Below are positions 28,866 through 38,579 of a stretch of DNA of 64,000 bases, piece by piece. The DNA comes from a virus (taxonomy: Duplodnaviria; Caudoviricetes). Position 1 is the first letter of the stretch; each line of letters begins with the position of its first letter. The stretch lies in IMG/VR virus record IMGVR_UViG_3300029288_005873, positions 128,001 to 192,000 of that record; one strand, written 5' to 3'. Both the position numbers and the translations under genes were made by a program. Below the pieces are notes generated by a model that saw nothing but the letters and a program-made list of their open reading frames with translations, had not been told where the DNA came from and searched no databases.

Positions 28866-29474
28866 TTAGCTCTCCAATATCGCCTTCGCTATTTCAGGTG
28901 AATGAAGCGCTTTGACTTTCTCGATCCATGCGCGAGTTTTTGCTTTCTCCATTATAAGTTTGCGGTTAACAACTCCTTTAGCAACAACCCCCTCAAATGT
29001 TACGCCCTCAACTTCGCCGTTCCGTACCTTGTCCGCATACTCGCGGTTCCAGTTCTCAATCCCTAGGAACTTCGGGATCTCCAAGTTCTCGAATAGTTTC
29101 ATAAATTCCGCTGGAGGCAAGATCCCTTTCCGGAGCGGTGATACATCGAATAGCGTCAGGGATTTGGGATCCTCCGGCAGGTGGATGCCAGCGAAACTGT
29201 GTTGACCGTGGAACTCGGCGAACACCACGACCTTCTCCCACCGTTCCCGCTTGGCAACATCTGCAATGGGCGCCGCCAGCCCGTTATCAAACATAGCAAT
29301 AGCGCCACCAAATACTGGATCGGTCTCGTCGAATAGGCGCGTGCGGGTACCATATTTGAACCAGCCGCGTTTCTTTGTCCATTCGAACCGCAGATTGCTG
29401 CCATCGAGTTTATCGAATATGTGGGCGCGAAACCGTTGTACACAACCAGTTTGAATAGATGGGTACTCTTTCAT
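28866..29474 (-). CDS. RNA ligase-like nucleotidyltransferase 2 (minimal)
   Basis: DKLDGSN (motif I), FAEF, LFDV, EGVVAK, KAKT. Confidence 0.8.
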   Translation of the reverse strand: MKEYPSIQTGCVQRFRAHIFDKLDGSNLRFEWTKKRGWFKYGTRTRLFDETDPVFGGAIAMFDNGLAAPIADVAKRERWEKVVVFAEFHGQHSFAGIHLPEDPKSLTLFDVSPLRKGILPPAEFMKLFENLEIPKFLGIENWNREYADKVRNGEVEGVTFEGVVAKGVVNRKLIMEKAKTRAWIEKVKALHSPEIAKAILES

Positions 29475-29484
29475 GACTCACCCT

Positions 29485-29979
29485 CTAAGGTATGTCGCCC
29501 TTCTGTCTGAGACGGTGTAAACCTTCGCATTCTTGACAAGGAGTTTCATTCAGCATGCCGTGAATCGGACAAAAATCAAGTTCGGTATCTGGTACATCAG
29601 AATCATAATATGTCCGCTCAACGACTATCTCCTCGCCCTCTGGGCGAAGCTCCCAATCCTCATGTCCGTAATCATCACCCATAATACACCTAACCTTCTT
29701 ATGTACGAATGTACGCCCATCTTTTAGCGTAATGCGCATAAGAGGATCGGGAGGTCCAAACATGTCGTCAATTCTACCGCTCTCCTCTGCGTTGAGTACC
29801 TCAATCCCTCGTTCAGACATACGACGTGCGATTTCATCCGAGACGAGTTTCTCGATATCAATATCTACCAGGCGAGCTAGGAATTGTTGCTTAGACTCAA
29901 CGAAGTACGATTGGTCCCACGACATGTATGCTCTCCTATTCCACTGTTTCGCAATAGTCCTTTTCACAATCATGACCAC
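29485..29979 (-). CDS. Hypothetical protein
   Basis: ORF; likely start MSWDQ. Confidence 0.55.
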   Translation of the reverse strand: MVMIVKRTIAKQWNRRAYMSWDQSYFVESKQQFLARLVDIDIEKLVSDEIARRMSERGIEVLNAEESGRIDDMFGPPDPLMRITLKDGRTFVHKKVRCIMGDDYGHEDWELRPEGEEIVVERTYYDSDVPDTELDFCPIHGMLNETPCQECEGLHRLRQKGDIP

Positions 29980-30151
29980 AAGTTTTGATACATAGGTCCA
30001 TAGCAGCCTTTAAGGCAGCTGATTCACTTTTGTGCCAGCCATATGTGCCACATTCAGGCTTACTAATGCTTGTTGCCCAGCAAAGCCTATCACCTTTCTG
30101 AGGACCAAGATCACCAGTTCCAAGTGCCAAGAGAACCAATACGATTCTCAT
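29936..30151 (-). CDS. Small secreted Cys-rich protein
   Basis: Signal-like N-terminus, 6 Cys. Confidence 0.55.
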   Translation of the reverse strand: MRIVLVLLALGTGDLGPQKGDRLCWATSISKPECGTYGWHKSESAALKAAMDLCIKTCGHDCEKDYCETVE

Positions 30152-30621
30152 TTTTCTTCCTCCGGTTCACCATTCTTTTTTGCTATGTACCCTATACTGT
30201 CATCTAGCTCTTCGATCTGTTTGGCGATTGCTGGGGCTAACATTCTCTGCTTTACAAAGTTTCCAGTTGCCATTAGCCTATCCAGTTCTTTCTCAAGCTC
30301 CTTGCGCTCTCCGCGTAACACTGCCAGCCTGATTCTGTCTGGAAGTTTTCCAAACTCTACCATGTCAGAAACTGGTTTAACGTCTCGCCAATGAATATGA
30401 GGAAATTCACTGGCAAGTCTATCGCCATCTTCTCCCTTGGCAAGTAGGATAAGCAATCTATTTTCAGCCTTATCCCTCAACCAATATGCCCTTGCTTGTC
30501 TTTTTCCACCGCGTGCCTTGACTGTTTCGCCCCAGGTTTCACTTCCTGGAACATGTCGTGGTTCTTTATTCTCGTCAGCCATAGGTTCTCCTTCTCGAAA
30601 AGTCAACTGGCTTTGCGTCAA
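30148..30621 (-). CDS. Hypothetical protein
   Basis: AAGGAG before MADENK. Confidence 0.6.
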   Translation of the reverse strand: MTQSQLTFREGEPMADENKEPRHVPGSETWGETVKARGGKRQARAYWLRDKAENRLLILLAKGEDGDRLASEFPHIHWRDVKPVSDMVEFGKLPDRIRLAVLRGERKELEKELDRLMATGNFVKQRMLAPAIAKQIEELDDSIGYIAKKNGEPEEEK

Positions 30622-30651
30622 CTTATCAGCAAAGCCAGTTGACTTTTCTTA

Positions 30652-31638
30652 TTATTGCCCATAGTCCAGACGGAACTGGTCGAACGCATCCACTGCCGAC
30701 GAAAGGAGAGGCTCTTTCAGACAAAGTTCATCACATAGGAGGTACTTGCGATAGCCGATATCGTAAAGCCACGCCATCTCAAGAAAATCAGCACATGATG
30801 GCACTGGGCTGTGGACAACCGACAATAGAATGCGCGAACCAACAGAAGCCTCTGGATCTTTCCCTATAATCAACCTCAACGCTTCGGGAATTCTGTGAGG
30901 CTTGTCAATCTCCACATACAGGTCACCACGGGCAGCCATAAGAGATGTCCTAGGTGTTTTCTTGTACTCATCAGAAGCATATTGTAGACCGCGCCTATCC
31001 TCGATCTTCAGAATAACATCCGCATCCTTTCCAACCAAGGAACGGAACTCGTCAACATCACGTTGGTTCTGTACATATGACAAGAAAAACTTTGTGATTC
31101 CAGCCCTCTTTGATGCTTCGATCTTTGCCAGCTCAGCTTCGGAGAACTGGTTTCCCCCCACCTCTAGGCTTGGATGCCTAATGTGAAGAGATTCACCAGC
31201 CTTCACCATGAAGTCTGGACCTCCATCGAACACCAAACGATAACCATGGTCTACCACATCCTTCAACAGTGCCTGGTCTTCACCAGCTTTGAAGATAACG
31301 ATGGTGGGAGTCTGTACCTTGACGGGATGGTTAAGGATCAATTCCAGATGGTCTTTATATGGTCTGCTCTCAACAACCCGCAACTGTCTACCCTTGACAT
31401 CCACCCATAGAGGAACTCCACCAACATGACTGGCTTTCAGTAGTTCACCTGCCATTTCCCCAACATCCACCATGGCCGTATTTAGCCTAACACCAGAAAG
31501 TCGCTTGTCTAGAGCAAACTTGTCAAAGTGTGGAAAAGATGGCCACATGGTAACCATCAACTCCATCTTATCCGGTATTGGCAGACATTTCCTGTCCATA
31601 TCTTTTTTTCCGAAAAACCTATCAAGGAGACTTCCCAT
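30652..31638 (-). CDS. Pyruvate-kinase-like barrel protein (no C-terminal domain)
   Basis: VRLN, DVKGRQLR, LSYV, LKIE, MAARGDLYVE; AGGAGG RBS. Confidence 0.82.
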   Translation of the reverse strand: MGSLLDRFFGKKDMDRKCLPIPDKMELMVTMWPSFPHFDKFALDKRLSGVRLNTAMVDVGEMAGELLKASHVGGVPLWVDVKGRQLRVVESRPYKDHLELILNHPVKVQTPTIVIFKAGEDQALLKDVVDHGYRLVFDGGPDFMVKAGESLHIRHPSLEVGGNQFSEAELAKIEASKRAGITKFFLSYVQNQRDVDEFRSLVGKDADVILKIEDRRGLQYASDEYKKTPRTSLMAARGDLYVEIDKPHRIPEALRLIIGKDPEASVGSRILLSVVHSPVPSCADFLEMAWLYDIGYRKYLLCDELCLKEPLLSSAVDAFDQFRLDYGQ

Positions 31639-31647
31639 CGCTTCCTC

Positions 31648-32640
31648 CTAAAGCAGCGACTTGGTTTTCTTTCCCCCAGAACTCTTCATAACGGAGCGCC
31701 CCGACTTCAGGAGCTTGCGGTCTGGGTCGACCGCCTCGATCTTGTGGATCGTCTCCAGAGCCTTCAGGGCGACTTCGACCTTCTTGTCGCCGCCCTTGTC
31801 CTTGAGCTGCCTATCTTTCAGCTCATCACGGAAGTACTCGATTCGGTCGGTTTCCTTAGCTAGGATACCGAAGATGATATCCAGCACGCGCTCCTCATTC
31901 GGAAGCGTGACGATGTGCTCCTCATCGACGTACTGTAGCCACTCATTTACGATACCCTTGTCCGTGGAACTGATGCCATCAGTTCCCGTCGGACTGTAGG
32001 GCTTTCGCACAAGATACACAGCATATCGTCGCTTAAGCTCGTCGAACACGTCCTTGGTCTTGATCCTCGCCTCGATGTCCACCTTGGCATGAATCTTGGC
32101 ATCTTCCTGATTGATCGTCTCATAGAGAGACTCATCAGTGATGATGATACAAATAGGCTTGGAAGCCACCGGCATATCAACATTTCTGGCATAGTAGAGT
32201 GCCGCGACTTCAGGGCTCTCCTTGACCTGACCACCACCACCACCCTCGATCACCAGAGCCTCCAACTGAATCTTTAGGTCGGTGCTCTTGGAAAACTGCC
32301 GAACCTGTAGGGGGTACTTGTCAGAATACACATCCCCAAATGCGCAGAAAGAAATCTCCATGTCATCGCCGAGGTATTCCTTACCTTCGATCTCCAGGTA
32401 TGGAAGCTTCGAGAAGATGGCCGCTGGCCACTTCCCCATAGAACCCGTCACGTCGCACAGAATTGCGAGCGGCGATTTACTTTTCGTCTTGATTCTGTCT
32501 GGCGACATATCTGCCGCCTTCTTTCCAGAAGCCTTGGCATCTCCATAACTACGACCAACGTGAACGTCATACTTCTTGCGCGCCGCACCAAAGTCATGTC
32601 CCTTCCACACTCCAGGATCATAATCGCTTGTCTCTGACAT
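31648..32640 (-). CDS. vWA-domain protein
   Basis: CDVTGSMG, FGD, EGGGGGQ..ES, IITDE; AAGGAG RBS. Confidence 0.85.
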   Translation of the reverse strand: MSETSDYDPGVWKGHDFGAARKKYDVHVGRSYGDAKASGKKAADMSPDRIKTKSKSPLAILCDVTGSMGKWPAAIFSKLPYLEIEGKEYLGDDMEISFCAFGDVYSDKYPLQVRQFSKSTDLKIQLEALVIEGGGGGQVKESPEVAALYYARNVDMPVASKPICIIITDESLYETINQEDAKIHAKVDIEARIKTKDVFDELKRRYAVYLVRKPYSPTGTDGISSTDKGIVNEWLQYVDEEHIVTLPNEERVLDIIFGILAKETDRIEYFRDELKDRQLKDKGGDKKVEVALKALETIHKIEAVDPDRKLLKSGRSVMKSSGGKKTKSLL

Positions 32641-33403
32641 TGTTTATCTCCTTTGTTTGTGAAATCCAATATTCAATATTGAACCTTTGATGTTCAAATG
32701 AAAGATCCCTATATTTGAAATCAATTTTATGGTACATTGATGGAACTTCCAGGACAAATGGGCGCACCAAATCTATAAACTTTTTGGCATTTGTTGTATT
32801 TATATGTATAAAAAACAACCCCTTCGAAGGCTTAGTCTGTGCCAAAATTCCCCACCGAAAACGCAGCCAAGTACAAATTATCTCATTCTCTGCTAATGAG
32901 AATGAATGTGTACTTAATCGAATGTTCCTACCACCAATACTACGTTCTCGGCGTTCCCTATAAAAATCTGGTTTGAAACGCACCTTGTTATAGTGGAGTT
33001 CCAAATTCCCATCATCCATATACCATAGCGCCAATCCCATTGGTGTAAGTCTCTCTAATAGTTCTAATGTTACTCGCTTATGTGGATTATATATCTCTTT
33101 TCTAATCTCTGTTAGAAAAGAATGTGTATTTGTTCTGATTCTTATCTGTGGATACAACTTACCAAGTTTCCTATTATTATGAACTATATCCCTAACAGAA
33201 AATATAATACCTGGAATCTGACTAAGTATAATACCCTTTATAGCAACATAATCACGTACGGCAGGAGTATGAGCAGCCTGTATTCGCGCATTGATTCCAT
33301 GGATTTGGAGATTAAAATCCCCAAGCACCATACCAATAATGGCGGAGTAAAGTTCTTGGTGACTCAGGTTCTCATATATGCTTACCAATTTAGTGCTCCT
33401 CAT
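32618..33403 (-). CDS. Double-motif LAGLIDADG homing endonuclease
   Basis: AIIGMVLGD and GLALWYMDDG motifs, LSTHSFS; AT-rich. Confidence 0.88.
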   Translation of the reverse strand: MRSTKLVSIYENLSHQELYSAIIGMVLGDFNLQIHGINARIQAAHTPAVRDYVAIKGIILSQIPGIIFSVRDIVHNNRKLGKLYPQIRIRTNTHSFLTEIRKEIYNPHKRVTLELLERLTPMGLALWYMDDGNLELHYNKVRFKPDFYRERRERSIGGRNIRLSTHSFSLAENEIICTWLRFRWGILAQTKPSKGLFFIHINTTNAKKFIDLVRPFVLEVPSMYHKIDFKYRDLSFEHQRFNIEYWISQTKEINNVRDKRL

Positions 33404-34131
33404 TCTCCTTTAATTTTTGCGTGACCATTTGCCAAGGCAACATCCAAAGCATATGCCTGATCTTCACTAGGAACATAAAGTAGCGGTCCTATTGTCTCAA
33501 CATCCTGCGGAATCCGCATGGCATTTTTCTGATCTACCAGATAGACCAAACGATTGTCAACTGACACCTCCACATCAACCTCACAGCTTCCTATCCATGG
33601 ATGCCATGCTTTGCCGCTTGTTCCAACAAATCCTGGCTCAATCCTGGTCCTTTTTGGAAATTCAGAATTGAGCAACAGGTCAAGTCTTCTGACGGCACAC
33701 CAGGCATATACAACACGTGGACTCGGAAGTTTGCTGCGCCCTTCCTTGGTCAATTTGCCATTATCAGTCAAGCCGATGGAGGCTTTTTTACAGGCGTAGT
33801 CAAGACTGGAACTTGCGATCCATTTTACTTTTTCCCGTGGGTCTACTGTATCCGCATAGGCAAAGACACAATCATCTATATCCCCGCCAACGAACAAGCG
33901 ACCACCCGATAAGGATACTACTTCTGTAAAGTATGTTCCTTGAACATGACCATTCTTTACTTCTGCCAGACACCATCTGTCAACTTTTTTTGACACAATT
34001 TGATGATGATCGAAAGCTTCGGATGCCATCCGAACCAGACCAACAAGCCTATCCTTTTCGTTCATCATTTGTGCGCTCCAGTTCGGCAATCTCGTCTTGT
34101 AGTTTGCGTATGTAGCTGCGGTCCAATTCAC
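33400..34131 (-). CDS. Hypothetical protein
   Basis: Long ORF; likely start near 34065. Confidence 0.6.
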   Translation of the reverse strand: MNWTAATYANYKTRLPNWSAQMMNEKDRLVGLVRMASEAFDHHQIVSKKVDRWCLAEVKNGHVQGTYFTEVVSLSGGRLFVGGDIDDCVFAYADTVDPREKVKWIASSSLDYACKKASIGLTDNGKLTKEGRSKLPSPRVVYAWCAVRRLDLLLNSEFPKRTRIEPGFVGTSGKAWHPWIGSCEVDVEVSVDNRLVYLVDQKNAMRIPQDVETIGPLLYVPSEDQAYALDVALANGHAKIKGE

Positions 34132-34534
34132 GAACTGTATCGGAATCTCTAGCGGTTCGCCTTAATTTATTAATAAGCATGTCGTGGCTAGGACCTCCTG
34201 ATCTTTCCCTTAACGGCAGAAGGAACCACCACATACATCCTGCCGATGGAACAGATGTATATCCCCAATATGTATTACCATCTTCCTTTGGCACAGCTGG
34301 AACAAGCCAGCCTATTTGGTCGCTTTCACCAAAAGCATCAGTATACCTGCCATCTTCTCCCACGTTTCCAATCTTGCCTTGGTCTTTACACGCACAATCG
34401 GCGCAAAGCAGATCGATAGAATCGGCAATTGTTTGGTATTGCCGCCAAAGTTTGACGCCATGAGCAAGGCATTTGGAGCAACGGTAGCCCGTAGGTGGAT
34501 CTTTTGATCCATAATCTATCTTACCAATTTTCAT
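34049..34534 (-). CDS. Zn-binding hypothetical protein (GVKLWRQY...YWGYTSVP)
   Basis: CSKC/CADC; coupled to kinase stop. Confidence 0.7.
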   Translation of the reverse strand: MKIGKIDYGSKDPPTGYRCSKCLAHGVKLWRQYQTIADSIDLLCADCACKDQGKIGNVGEDGRYTDAFGESDQIGWLVPAVPKEDGNTYWGYTSVPSAGCMWWFLLPLRERSGGPSHDMLINKLRRTARDSDTVRELDRSYIRKLQDEIAELERTNDERKG

Positions 34535-35535
34535 CGCAACCCCTCTATTTTCTTGCCAAAAGAGCTGGTTCGACCAAAAGCCTTCTTCCTTACTGTTCTA
34601 AGCTCCTCGACCAGATCCTCATTATCCCATCGCGGTCTATCCAAAATATCGTGAGCTACCAGTCTACGGATGAACTTACAGACATGATCTGGTAGGTCTT
34701 CTGGAACCCGCTTGCGACCAAGATCTCCTCCTAGCGAAGCTATCATTGTCATACCGAGAGAATAGAAGTCTGACTCAGGCAATAGGGTCATACCAGCCAC
34801 CTGCTCAGGTGGAGCATAGTGAGGGGTATATCCCTTTGCCATAGAGTCTGCAGATGGTCGGATAAGGGAAAGACCATAGTCTACCAAAACAACCATATGC
34901 TTCTCTGGCTGGACAATGATATTTTGAGGTTTCACATCACCATGGACGACTCCATGAAAATGGAGATATCGCAAAGCATTCAGGACACGTTCCGTAATCC
35001 AGCAAACAGTCTCGGCATCAAGTGTCCCATTTTTCTCGACTATCTGATCCAAGGTGGGTCCAGGAATGAAACTCATAACCAAGGCAAGGCTTCCGTCATC
35101 GAGTTTGATTATCTCTCTGACGGACGGAATAGCATAATGACGGAGATCCCAGATAGCTTTCGCTTCCTCGATCAGGATCATCTCATCCTGAGGAGACACA
35201 TGCGAAGCATGCTTGATACAGACAGGAGTACCAAGCATGACATGTTCGCCGCGATAGGTCTTTCCAAATCCTCCTTCAGCAATTTCCTCAAGGATGCGAT
35301 AGCTCCCGAGGACTTTACCTACCCCCTTACCACGTTCGCGATCATATTTCTTGCGAGCCTTATCATCTACAAGTGTTTGGTGGGCTTCGCCAAGAGATTT
35401 GGCTACACGGTCATCACCAATTTTATCAGGGTGATACACTAGCATGAGAGCCTTATGCGCAGCGTCAATGACCTCTCGCCTAGCGCGCGGGGATACTTCC
35501 AATACCTCATAGAAATCAACACCTTTGCTTGCCAT
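34531..35535 (-). CDS. DnaJ-domain / Ser-Thr kinase fusion
   Basis: DFYEVL...YHPDK J-domain; EGGFGKTY, HGDVKPQNI, VDYG, YAPPE, SDFYSLG; GGAGG RBS. Confidence 0.92.
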   Translation of the reverse strand: MASKGVDFYEVLEVSPRARREVIDAAHKALMLVYHPDKIGDDRVAKSLGEAHQTLVDDKARKKYDRERGKGVGKVLGSYRILEEIAEGGFGKTYRGEHVMLGTPVCIKHASHVSPQDEMILIEEAKAIWDLRHYAIPSVREIIKLDDGSLALVMSFIPGPTLDQIVEKNGTLDAETVCWITERVLNALRYLHFHGVVHGDVKPQNIIVQPEKHMVVLVDYGLSLIRPSADSMAKGYTPHYAPPEQVAGMTLLPESDFYSLGMTMIASLGGDLGRKRVPEDLPDHVCKFIRRLVAHDILDRPRWDNEDLVEELRTVRKKAFGRTSSFGKKIEGLR

Positions 35536-35545
35536 CGGATTCCTC

Positions 35546-35866
35546 CTAGCCGATTTCTTTTGCCACTAGCAGCAATTGAAAAAGCGCCTTAACCCTACGC
35601 TTGTCGAAACTTGTAGAACCGTAATCCTCCGAGTTTGCATGTTTCCGAAACGCAGCGGCGGTTTCAGCATCAACAGCATGTCCGAGAAGATACCTTATCA
35701 TCCAGGAACAAAATCCGAAATTATAAAACGTCATATTAGATCCAGCAAAACGCCGAACATTTGACAATGTAATCCTAGCTTTATTCCCGAACAACTTTTT
35801 GAATCTGTCTCTGGAGAAATGGCAAGCTTGTATATTGACAAGCGCATTAAGAGTGAGGTATTTCAT
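35546..35866 (-). CDS. Hypothetical protein
   Basis: ORF in gene run. Confidence 0.55.
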   Translation of the reverse strand: MKYLTLNALVNIQACHFSRDRFKKLFGNKARITLSNVRRFAGSNMTFYNFGFCSWMIRYLLGHAVDAETAAAFRKHANSEDYGSTSFDKRRVKALFQLLLVAKEIG

Positions 35867-35876
35867 TATTTTTTTC

Positions 35877-36275
35877 TCATAGCCACTTCAAGGCTAAAGC
35901 ATTTATGATAATATGAAAAGTATTATCCACAATTATCATTATCCACATGGTAAGCCACACTTGTCTATCTGGTGACATTCCAGTGAACGAACACGACTCC
36001 CATGTCTTCCGTTCACTTGGGGGAGACAGAAGCCAATTCTTCGCCCATATGGCTCGTTGTGGCAAGTCCCAATGGTCTATCACAAAATGTGATCCAATGA
36101 TCACCAGCATAGCAAGCAAAGAAGGTGCCAGAAAAATAAATGGCACAGCATAGGAAAGAACATGAGCGAGACAAGGCAGAATTCTTTCCTTCTTATTGAC
36201 AGCCATGAAGTCGGACTGAAGAAAGAAATCACCGACCAGATGGGCCACTATTTGATCTCCCGTTACGAAGCTCAT
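35877..36275 (-). CDS. DUF3307-like membrane protein
   Basis: HLVGDFFLQ, HVLSY, HFVID, DNTFH. Confidence 0.8.
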   Translation of the reverse strand: MSFVTGDQIVAHLVGDFFLQSDFMAVNKKERILPCLAHVLSYAVPFIFLAPSLLAMLVIIGSHFVIDHWDLPQRAIWAKNWLLSPPSERKTWESCSFTGMSPDRQVWLTMWIMIIVDNTFHIIINALALKWL

Positions 36276-36598
36276 TTTGACTCCACTGGAGCATTACATG
36301 AACCTACGAACGCAACGGTTTGAGCCACTCTGTCAACTTTGTCCTTTGGAATTTTGATCTCGACAGGTTCACCAAAACCGCTTTTGGGATAGCATATACA
36401 ACTATAGCTTAACACAATATTACCAAACATATTTGTCTCTGTTGTGTATGAGAATGAGCTGCTTCCTCCATATTTGGTACACAGTTCAGTACAAATCACT
36501 GTGATAGCACAACTCTCACTTTTAGAGGATTTATGGGGATAACACCCAAAAAGCATGGTTATAAATAAAACTGCTACAATTGACAATGTCCATTTCAT
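36272..36598 (-). CDS. Putative lipoprotein
   Basis: MKW...MLFGC lipobox; GGAGG RBS. Confidence 0.65.
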   Translation of the reverse strand: MKWTLSIVAVLFITMLFGCYPHKSSKSESCAITVICTELCTKYGGSSSFSYTTETNMFGNIVLSYSCICYPKSGFGEPVEIKIPKDKVDRVAQTVAFVGSCNAPVESK

Positions 36599-36606
36599 AT
36601 CGCCTC

Positions 36607-36951
36607 CTATTCAAACCATGTCGTAGCAAGCTGCCGCAATGATTCAAAAAATGATGCTTTATATTCCATATATCCTAAGGTAATACTGCCTATGATATCG
36701 GCAACCATATCTGACTTAGATTCATCCATGTGGAGATCAGCAAGCCAATGTCCAAAAACATGAGCAACATGCCATTCTGGATCACAATTAGCAGCAGCGG
36801 TAAGATTAAAACGAACCTCCATCATACCAATATCTGTTGTATCGCAAGGCTCTCCAAGTAGAGATGGTCTGATTGTAATTGGGCATGGAGCGCCAACTTT
36901 ATCGCACAATGAAAGGAAAAGTCTTTTCCTGTATTCAAAACCTTTATACAT
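36607..36951 (-). CDS. Hypothetical protein (HVAHVFGH)
   Basis: ORF; His-rich motif. Confidence 0.55.
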   Translation of the reverse strand: MYKGFEYRKRLFLSLCDKVGAPCPITIRPSLLGEPCDTTDIGMMEVRFNLTAAANCDPEWHVAHVFGHWLADLHMDESKSDMVADIIGSITLGYMEYKASFFESLRQLATTWFE

Positions 36952-36996
36952 TTATCACCTTGGTGAAACGGAGGTGCGCAAACACCTCCGTCCCTG

Positions 36997-37314
36997 TTAT
37001 TCGGATTTTGTCTCTTCTGTTTCAGGAGCAACTTCCTGCCCAGGCTCCAAAGCGGCATGAAGCTGGCTGATTAGCTTACCCAGCTCGTCCTCGAACTTCT
37101 TCTTATTCCTGTTGAAGTCCTGCTCAGCTTTGAAAGCTTGCTGGCGCAACTCTACTGCCTTCTTGAGAATATCGCGAGCCCTGTCCAAAGCCTCGTTCTC
37201 GCGTGCCGCCTCCAACTCCGCCATTGCCTTCTTGAGGATGTTGTTTGTGATCGAGGGCTTCTTTGCGGGGTCAAAACCCGTGATCTGCAAAAGCTTTTCG
37301 GTATTATTTGACAT
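36997..37314 (-). CDS. Coiled-coil protein
   Basis: AAGGAG RBS; heptad-rich. Confidence 0.7.
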   Translation of the reverse strand: MSNNTEKLLQITGFDPAKKPSITNNILKKAMAELEAARENEALDRARDILKKAVELRQQAFKAEQDFNRNKKKFEDELGKLISQLHAALEPGQEVAPETEETKSE

Positions 37315-37326
37315 GCATTCTCCTTT

Positions 37327-37782
37327 CTATCTCCCCTCGAGCATCTCCTCGAGTTCGTCAATTCTGTCACGCACCGCCTCGGATTCGACGGCAACCTTTC
37401 TCATCTGTTCTGTGCTAGCAGCCATGCCTGCTAGAAGTGTCTCCAGCTCGCGCAGGCGGGTGCCCTCATCCTTCTCCATTTCAAGGTGCTGTTTTCTGAG
37501 CTCCATATACATAGTTGCGATCATCTCCTTGTCCCCTTGCCTGAGGTGGTCGAGTCGAAGACGTAGATTTCTTCTCCTGCCTTGGAATAAAGTCCTCAAT
37601 GGACTATCCGCAGGTAGCGTTCCAAGGTCTGCTCTGATCCGTGTATACACCTCACCATCAAGCGACTCTGGTGAACACGCTTCGCGAATCGGCAGATTTT
37701 TTACAGCTGCGAAAGCAGACTGGATGGATCCATAGATCATTGACCGCTCTACAGCATTCAACTCCCTTATTCCAGTATTCAT
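37327..37782 (-). CDS. Coiled-coil protein
   Basis: ORF, ATGA coupling. Confidence 0.65.
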   Translation of the reverse strand: MNTGIRELNAVERSMIYGSIQSAFAAVKNLPIREACSPESLDGEVYTRIRADLGTLPADSPLRTLFQGRRRNLRLRLDHLRQGDKEMIATMYMELRKQHLEMEKDEGTRLRELETLLAGMAASTEQMRKVAVESEAVRDRIDELEEMLEGR

Positions 37783-38579
37783 GTGCTTTCCTTTGCCACG
37801 ATATTCGATATGTCTGACACCAGCTTTTTGATGTCTGACGCATATGGACCTGCGCTATTTACGCACCCAAGTTCCAAAACATAAAGATTCCCTGCCGACT
37901 CACAGATATCAAGCACGAAAATTCTGTGTGGACTAAAGACCTTAGCCATACGTTCACCAAAGTCCAGGACCTCGCGCGGAACGTTTGCGTCCTCAGCCAA
38001 TACGCCTCTAACTTTGTACTGACTAGCAGTGGATACATGTCCATCCACCATAAACAATCGCCATTCCTTGGATATACCCCAAGGCTCTCCCACGATTATC
38101 TTTGTCGTAGATAGTTGCTCATCTCCAAGATCTGTCTGTATGAGTCCAGCATTCCACCGTTGAAGTTGACCGAAAGACCACACTCCTCCGGTAAACTCCT
38201 TGGCATCTTTAACTGGACGGACAAAAAACATCCTATCTGGGTCATGGGGTTCCCATACAAACTCCGACAAAGTTGTAACTTTCGAGCCGTGATTGATCCA
38301 GTTTTCTCCGTAGGCTGTTCCCCACGTCGTAGTCATGAACATTTCGGGATCAAAGAAAGCACAAGGTGACCATTTGCCAGACTTCAAAACCAGGTCAACC
38401 ATACGCACAGATCCATAGAAAACCGTTGGCATATCCGTCGGAATGTCTGGAAGTTCTTTGGAAAAAGGAATCCTCTGAAAAAGAATACATGAAATTCCTA
38501 AGGATTCACATGCGCTGCGGATTGCCTCATGGGCACCATCGACCTTTAGTTTATCCTGAACAGCCCAGCGTATGTTCAT
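37779..38579 (-). CDS. ATP-grasp protein (R2K/DUF4343-like) 1
   Basis: YGS, FVRP...KEFTG, EWRLFMVDG, FVLDI, VLELG..NSAG. Confidence 0.82.
   Translation of the reverse strand: MNIRWAVQDKLKVDGAHEAIRSACESLGISCILFQRIPFSKELPDIPTDMPTVFYGSVRMVDLVLKSGKWSPCAFFDPEMFMTTTWGTAYGENWINHGSKVTTLSEFVWEPHDPDRMFFVRPVKDAKEFTGGVWSFGQLQRWNAGLIQTDLGDEQLSTTKIIVGEPWGISKEWRLFMVDGHVSTASQYKVRGVLAEDANVPREVLDFGERMAKVFSPHRIFVLDICESAGNLYVLELGCVNSAGPYASDIKKLVSDISNIVAKEST

Noticed and set aside
36607-36951. Zincin metalloprotease call
   Set aside because: The motif is HVFGH and lacks the catalytic Glu of HExxH; left as hypothetical
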